A stretch of DNA of 54,965 nucleotides, counting the filler, from Asterionella formosa (taxonomy: Eukaryota): assembly GCA_002256025.1 (NCBI GenBank). It is 5 parts of 5 records of this genome, joined end to end, with 100 filler letters (N's around TTAATTAATTAA, not from the genome) between each part and the next. Parts side by side here need not be neighbours in the genome. Positions count along the whole stretch, not along the records: positions 44,064 to 54,965 come from NKIB01009024.1; 4 more parts are not named here. One strand, given 5' to 3'. Under the pieces are notes generated by a model. The model had not been told where the DNA came from. It saw only the letters and a program-made list of their open reading frames with translations, and searched no databases. Below, piece after piece: positions 47,401-54,965 of this stretch. The position numbers were made by a program, and so were the translations under genes. The first letter of the stretch is position 1, and each line of letters starts with the position of its first letter.

Positions 47401-50400
47401 NNNNNNNNNNNNNNNNNNNNNNNNNNNNNNNNNNNNNNNNNNNNNNNNNNNNNNNNNNNNNNNNNNNNNNNNNNNNNNNNNNNNNNNNNNNNNNNNNNNN
47501 NNNNNNNNNNNNNNNNNNNNNNNNNNNNNNNNNNNNNNNNNNNNNNNNNNNNNNNNNNNNNNNNNNNNNNNNNNNNNNNNNNNNNNNNNNNNNNNNNGAA
47601 TTCAACTCCAATATTCCAAAACTCTGCCAAAAAGCCGACGATTTTTTGCTCGCAGCTGAAAGTATTACACAGCTTTTGCAAGTATGGCTAATGCTATCAG
47701 CAATTTCTCCCAAGAGTTTAAGTAGCGCTCGAAAAAATGTTGAGCAATCTGCAATGTCAATGTTTTCTCGTTGTAGCGATATGCTATGGAATTTCCACTC
47801 GTCGCGACTCCAAGGGCACTCGAAACAGCATACCTTCATCGAAATGAAGACGAGTAACTCGAACGATGACAATCTTTCGGGAAGTGATTCAGAAGAAAAA
47901 ACTCGTTCGACCCACCCACGTCCTACCAAGGCGACACGAGAGAAATTTTCTTCGGATGAGAGCAACGAAGAATCCAGGGGGCGAAAGCGAAAGAAGAGTA
48001 CAGTTGCAAGGGGTTCGCGGCGTCGGACATCGTCGACCACTTACGAGCCACCAAGTCTCCTTTGTGCTATCCAGCTTGCTAATATAGCAATTTTACTACA
48101 ACCTACATATGAATGCTGCAAGACACTCTACTGTCAAATTGCGCTCCTAGACGCAGCAGAGCGGAGGGATACTGATAATATTTCGCAAGTTGACGTTTGT
48201 GGTGGCATGTGGCTACTCCATTTGCTCAGCAGTGAATTGCCAGTGTTTTCACAATCCCGAGTAGAACGATCCATAGTATCTCTGTTCAGCGATGCGATTA
48301 GAGAAATTCGTTACTGTTCGGATGCCCATTCTTCCTCGTTTCTCGCAGGATTTGACGAGCTGATTAACTTGGTTCAAAACATCTCTAGCGACCATGATGA
48401 GAATGGAATAAGTGCTTCAGATTCAAGGTTGCTCATTGAACCATTGATTTCATTCGAACCAAATGAAAAGACAGCTCTTAAATTAAGGCCGCAGCTGACA
48501 CAAAATCAGCAACGAGCCGCAGCGAAGATCTTTCAAATGAAGAGCGAAAATATTCATAATGAATTCGACCAAGACTTTTCCAAGCTCTTCGTCAAGCAGT
48601 ATTTGGGAAAGCTAAGTGAGCCTGTCCGAATTCAATCGTCATTTGCACTTGGTTATGCATTTTGGTGTTTTAAGGAGCAAAAGGCAATCTTTCGGAGTGT
48701 GGTTGATGTACTACTTGTAGATGAGAAGCGATCTAATTCTGAAAAGGATTTGTTCAAAGTCATTGACCGTCCAAAGCGGGTCCCGCGAGACACACTTGAC
48801 GGTGATGCATGGAATGATGCAATACTCACTTGGCAGAGCAGCACAATCCTGTGCTGGGGCGTGATTGGAGGGACAACCACAGATAGGCAGATAATGAGAA
48901 CCATTATCTTCGATTTGGTTTCTCTGGCCGCAGATCGCCCTTATCTTGAGTTGATGTGTTATAAAGCTTTGAAAAAGATAGCACAGCTGCGTGGCATCAC
49001 GAACTGTTCTAGATTGATTCGTGATCAGATGGGATATCTCATTCAACAGTGGTTCGAAACGGGAAAACACATTCTTGACATGCCGCTTATTATGACGGGG
49101 ACTGGGCTAGTTGAACACCTCCTATCGGCTTGCGGTCCAATTCGAAAGTTCTGGCCATTCCACAACGAGCGAAAGGGATCAATATGTGGTTTCATGAATT
49201 TTCGCAGTGACGTTGTCAAGGAGTTTGTGACTGCAAAAGCTTCGTTAATACTTTCAAGCGCGTTTGCGTTTAGTGGAGTAGTCCTTGCCACTCATCTAAG
49301 CAGTGCAATTCAACCGAATACACCACTATCAGAGGATCCAGTCATTTTGGCGTGCCAAATTCTGGCCGACACCAACGAGGATACCACAGTAGGTGATCTC
49401 GTCATTTCTCATCTCGGGGAGATTATGGCTTTTGCCATACATTGTGATCGATCAAGCGAGAAAGGGATAAGAATGGTCCATGTCGTTGAAGAATTGCTAG
49501 TGAAATGCAATGAGCATGACAAGAAGACTCATGCATCGCGTGCGATCCGTCAGTTGGTGCATATAATTGGGAGTGAAGAATATACGACTCGAGATGAATT
49601 GATATTCCCCACGCATTCTTTCACAAATCTGCTAGTGAAAGTGGGTGGACTTACGATGAAAGCGGAAATCGAACCTCTTACATTTCTCGACACGCTGAAC
49701 AGCAACTCAATCGAATATCTCCTTCAGGCTCGGCACTGGCTCGACGAAGAAGAAGAATGCATAGAGAATCAGCTCAAGCGATGGAAAACGATTGAATCCA
49801 TTGGGGAAACAATTTTTGAAGAAGTCAACAATTCTGTTTATGCCCATAAAGTTTTCTTTGTTCGGATCGTCCTTGAGATTCTCCGCGATTGTCACTTCAT
49901 TGGGCTTCAACCCGTTTTGATTAACTGGCTGCAAGGGAAAAAACCTGCAGTTATTTCTCTCAATAATTCTGACTCGACAATTGCTTATGAAATGGTCGGA
50001 ACACTGGTCCAAGTTCACGAAAATGCTCAAGACGCAATGATCGCCGAGTGCACATGCGCCATGCGGGAAGTCAGTTCCGCTACGCAAAGGGGGAATGGGA
50101 TACTCATAGACGGGAAACTACAACTGGCTCATAATTCCTTAAGCGACACTTGGGGATGGGACATGATTGACGACCAGGTTGATCAAGAACGTACTGTACT
50201 ATCAGCATTGCAAAGATATATCAGCACTGTAAGCAAGTCTGTGCTTTCCACAGCCCGGCAGACGTACCAACTAATTGAATCAATTTTGGAAAATATGACT
50301 TTCACGGACATGCAGCAGACCTTTCTACTCCGAAATCTTGGGTTCTCTGTGTTTCCAAAGTTTAGGCAACAGCTGCGAGAAATCGATGCAAAATATTACG

Positions 50401-53400
50401 CCCAGACCTTGCTTCACCTTTACATACGGAGTGAGGCGGACCTGGATCCTGCGCAGTGTTGTCAACGAGCGTTTCAGACCTTGAAGCATGTCCGAGCCGC
50501 TGCTACACCCGTAGACCTCAGAAAATCTTATTGGCGATCGTCCAATTCTAATCAATTGAGTCTTAATTCTCGCTTCTTGGTTGACACATTGTTCCATCTT
50601 CAGAAGTCCCTTCAACAATGCAGGATGCTGAAGGTAGCTGTGACAATCGAGACAGCTGAGCTCATCCAAGCTGTCATCGATATTATGGTTGAAAGCAGAT
50701 ACCCAGAATCAATTCACCTCCAAGCTTCTCGAGTTCTCGGTGAACTTGATACAAGTCAGATAGAGAGTTCCCCCAAAATTATCACATATGCCCCATTGGA
50801 ATGGCTCGCGGGTTCCGATCCCAACGAATCTTCGCTGCGTGTGTCGATGCAGTCTATGTGCTTGACCCTACTTGCTCAACTCATAATTTCAGAAGGAGCG
50901 AGGCCTGCCTTGGTTGCGTTGGAGGCATTGAAGGAATTATTGGCGACACAACAAGGCATCTTGTGCTTCAAAACATTAAATTCCTCCGTATATCGGGATT
51001 TGTTCAAGTCTTTCCTGCTTTCAACAGGAAAAGTAAAACCATTCTTGTTGGCTCCATCTCCTCAACACCTGGCAAAGTTGCCGGCGTTCAAAAACCTGGA
51101 GAATAAGATCAAGGAGAGAGATGGAGAGTGGTGCTGGGACCAAGTCCTGTGGTGTTGCACAAGTCGCCATGATTATGATGATTGGGTGAAGAACGTAGTT
51201 GGAGCAATGATTTGGTGTTGCTACGGAAAAAGCAAGCATGGCATCAAAGGGAAAGCGTCGTTCTTCCGTGCCTGCTTGAAGGTGTCTCTGATGGAACACA
51301 CATTCGCGGAAGCGTTGTTTCCATTTATCGTTCTGGATTTACTGCTGAGTGCTTCGGTAACTTCAACAAGTACTCCAGTGGTTCAGGGATTTTGCATTGG
51401 TTATCCACACAGTGCTGCAAACATTAAACTCTCAGGATGCTTCGACAATCTCTTATCAAGCGATCCAAACTCAAAGGCGACCACTTTGGCAACATCATGT
51501 TTGGATATGCTCCGTCGAGCCAATCTTCACCTATTTCTGGGTACAAGACAAAAGCCCAACGTAGGAAAAATTGAGAAGAAATTGGTGGAAATATCTGATT
51601 TGGTTCTTACCAGTACTCATGCAGTTGGTGTCGTGTTGCAAGTTAATCCACTGAAGACTCTCAATGCTTTCATTGCTGCCAAGCAGTTCTCCAGTGCCAT
51701 ATTTTTCGCCGAGACTCAAATACAAACAGCTTGTCCAGAGAAACAAGCTGAAATACTCCCTGTTCTAAAGAATTGCTATCTCCGTCTACAAGAATATGAT
51801 ACAGTTGAGGCACTCATCCTGAAAAATGCGGCATATCACTTTCTCGACGAAAAGTATTCATTTGGAAGTGATAGGATCACTTTGACAGGTCCAGCAGATA
51901 GACTGCAGCACCTTGAAGCCCTGAAGAAAGAACATGACATAAAGAAATCGTCGATGCTTGCGATCGAGTGCCTGGATGATCTTGGGCTTTCCACAATTAT
52001 GAGTGCTTGCATCGAAGTACTTTCCCGCGAAGGCCAAGACTGGATGAATCTGACGCATGGCGATCAACGATTCCTGAAAGAGAAGTGGTCTAAAATGAAT
52101 CTTAACAACAGGCTGTGGAATTCTGGGAAATTAACAGACTTATCAGGATCGCAAGAAGAGCAACAATTAATAGGATCTACTCGCGCCGATGACCTCCATT
52201 GTCTCTCTCAAAACGTCGGATTTTACCAGATCTTGTCATGCTCCCTTTCTGCACTTGATCGCGAGGATAGCGTATCACTACACGAGAGTTCCATCGTGGC
52301 ACGGACGATGCTCATAAGAGATTTTGTTTCCTTCAGCCAGGAGACCATTCTGGAAGACCTCGCCCTGTTCACAGAAAGGTTAAAGGTGTACAATGAATTG
52401 GATGTACTTGTCAACTTTGATGACAAGGCTGTTCAGTTGCTGAAATATTGGAGCACTGACGGGGTCCCGTCGTTGCCCTGTCATTTGGATTTGACTTCGA
52501 ACACTTTTCCAGAGCTATCGTATCTATTCCGAGAATTTACAATGAACATATTTCTCCGGAAATCTCCATCTTGGCGAGACTTGGATGTACCTAAATTGAT
52601 AGCAAGCCACCTAAGGCGTTGTTTGTCGTTAAGTCGAATGCTTGAAGCATATCCTTTTTCTGAAGGTGCACTCAAGAGATTGAAACATCTCTATGAGTCC
52701 TCTGTGCCCGGTATGGATAACGACACCCTGTTGATGATTCGATACGAAGAAATTTTTGTTTTAGAAACTCAGGGCTATTTTGAGGCTGCTATTCAAGGAG
52801 CAAAACTCATCATGAACGAATTGGAATCTCAATCCCGAACTGGATCGTTGACGGCAGAGATGGACGCTCTTCGTGCCGACTCAATGCTAATATGTGGGCA
52901 TTGGATGAAGAAATATAAAGTAGACTCTGCCAAACATATTCAGGAAGCGATCCTGTTACCCACATCACAACAATGTCGTCGACTATACGATAAGGAACGA
53001 AGCCGGCCGAACGCAAGCCGTGCTTTTGCTGCTCACGTTGCATTGGCAGAGACGTCTGCTACACTGTACGAACATGCTAGCATCAGGATGAAGAGTAGAG
53101 AGTGGACACGGAAGATGACCTTTCTTGAATCCAGGAAGGAAGAGTACGATCGGGCCAAACGCGAGTTGCAAATGCTTCAATCACATCGAAAAGGTGGAAC
53201 ACAGCGGAATGCATCAGGCAATTCGACAGCTGATGAGAGTGCACTGACGAGAACTGTAGCTTTATTGAAGCGTGAGATCGGTGTACTCGAGGCGGAAAAG
53301 GTCCGGGAGGAATGCCCTATCGATGGAAATCTGCAACTAGCTCTTGAAAATTTCGGGCTGGCCCTTGCCATCTCACAGTCAAGCAGCCACGAGAGCTCCT

Positions 53401-54965
53401 CAGGGCACGTTTTTCAGATGGTTACTCTTTGGTTCGATTCATGGCAAGAAAAAGGTTTTGCCACAAATGTCATGGTAAAGAATATTGAAGAAATTCCCAG
53501 TTTTCGGTTTGTTCCGCTGACATACCAAATTTTCTCCCGACTAGACAGGCCTATAAGTGGAGTCGATTTCCAGAATGTGTTGCGACGCCTTGTGGAAAGA
53601 ATGTGCAATGACCATCCATATCACTGTCTACCACAGCTTTTTGCTCTTTGCAATGGAAATGAAACAATTGGAGTTCACGATGCAAAAGTCGACGCAGCCA
53701 AATCTGTACTTCGTCAACTCTGCAACAATACAAATGATATTGTACAAGGCCTTGTGGATTCATATGCTGTCTTGATAGAAGCTTCCATTCAATTGGCTCT
53801 TGCGCCGACAAAAGAATTCACTGACCTCAAACAGCCCAGATTGAAAGATATCAACATCTCAGAAATGACGATAAAAGGGAAACCTAGACTTGACAACTGC
53901 TTGGAAAAGTTTCCGTTTAGGCCATGTATTCTCACGCGACCTCCTGTGCTCCAAGCTGACAAAAAATATGGGAATGGACAGATGAACCCCCTGGGAAGCG
54001 AACTCATATGTGGCTTCGGCAGTAAATTGTCAATAACCGAAACAGGCGTTCATCGACCCAAAATTGTCATTTGCATAGGCAAGTCTGGCAACCAATTCAA
54101 ACAGCTTGTCAAAGGTGATGACGACATGCGTCAAGATGCGGTGATGCAGCAAGTCTTTCGCTACGTAAATTCCTTGATGAAGCGTCTGCGTCCGGGGCAT
54201 TCTGGGAAGAAGCCAGCTCTCACTATACGCAAGCTTCAACTTGTTACATACAATATAGTCCCCTTGGACCCCAAAACGGGTGTTTTGGAATGGGTAGAAA
54301 ACACCATTCCGTTTGGCGACTACCTCGTTGATAAAGGAAAGAAACCAGGAGGAAATGCTATAATTGGGGCTCATTCAAGGTACTATCCTGGACAATGGGG
54401 TAACTCGTTTTGTCGGAAGCATCTTGCTGAAGCTGAACAAAGCCAGAAACGACAAGCATATGACACAATTTGTCACAATTTCTCTCCTGCGTTTCGTTTC
54501 TTCTTTGTTGAGCGCTTTGCATCAAATTTGCAAGAGATGCACCATGCTAAGGTTCGCTACACTCGATCTTGCGCTGTGAGTAGCATTGTTGGTCATATGT
54601 TGGGGATAGGGGATAGGCACTCTCAGAACATATTGATCCATCAAAGAACTGGAGAGGTGGTTCATATAGATTTTGGTATTGTGTTTGAGCAAGGTAGAGA
54701 ACTGCAGGTGCCTGAAACTGTTCCGTTTCGTCTTACACGAGATATCGTTGACGGGATGGGACCAACAGAGACGTCGGGGTCCTTTAGTCGGGCAGCGGAA
54801 GAAACAGTTCAAGTCCTTCGCGAAAATTCGAAGGCTCTGTTGACGATTCTCTCTGCTATTGTGGCAGATCCTTTATACAAATGGAAAGAATCGGCTGAAA
54901 AAGCCCGAAAGCGCCAACAAGTACAGTCACTAGACGCGATGGTTGAGGGCCATTCTTTAGCCTCT
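44402..54965 (+). CDS. ATM: ATM/Tel1 PIKK kinase, 3' end beyond window; internal N gap at 47099-47597
   Basis: ORF from 44402 runs into the gap. After the gap, the frame starting at 47598 appears open to the window end and contains FAT-like helices and the kinase motifs RPKIVICIG..KQLVKGDDDMRQDAVMQQVF, VTYNIVPL..GVLEWV, GIGDRHSQNILI..HIDFGIVFEQG..PETVPFRLTRDIVDGMG. Confidence 0.95.

Overview
Eukaryotic nuclear DNA, most likely from a diatom (bipartite plastid-targeting presequences, short GT-AG introns, CoDi-like Copia elements). The window is not contiguous. It is five unrelated ~10.9 kb scaffolds (1-10929, 11030-21952, 22053-32959, 33060-43963, 44064-54965) in decreasing size order, joined by 100-bp N-TTAATTAATTAA-N linkers. 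Host genes: a DUF4079-like plastid protein (partial), a 3-exon plastid membrane protein, a serine carboxypeptidase (partial), a CNBP-like zinc-knuckle protein, a CCCH-DEDDh-RRM exonuclease, SDHA, a phosducin-like protein, D-cysteine desulfhydrase, a hypothetical protein, RPP30 and a >10 kb ATM kinase. The rest is largely transposon debris: three decayed Copia elements, DDE transposase relics, MITEs and other repeats. The most notable items are (1) a Copia polyprotein carrying an RNase H1-type hybrid-binding (Cauli_VI-like) domain upstream of gag, (2) an intron-containing, internally inverted pseudogene of mitochondrial ATP synthase gamma, (3) a TA-flanked MITE whose likely autonomous partner's 3' end is on another scaffold, (4) a 90-bp hairpin MITE found upstream of genes, and (5) recurrent GGTACC/TACCAG arrays at gene-TE junctions. 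All family calls come from motif recognition by eye; no database search was run.
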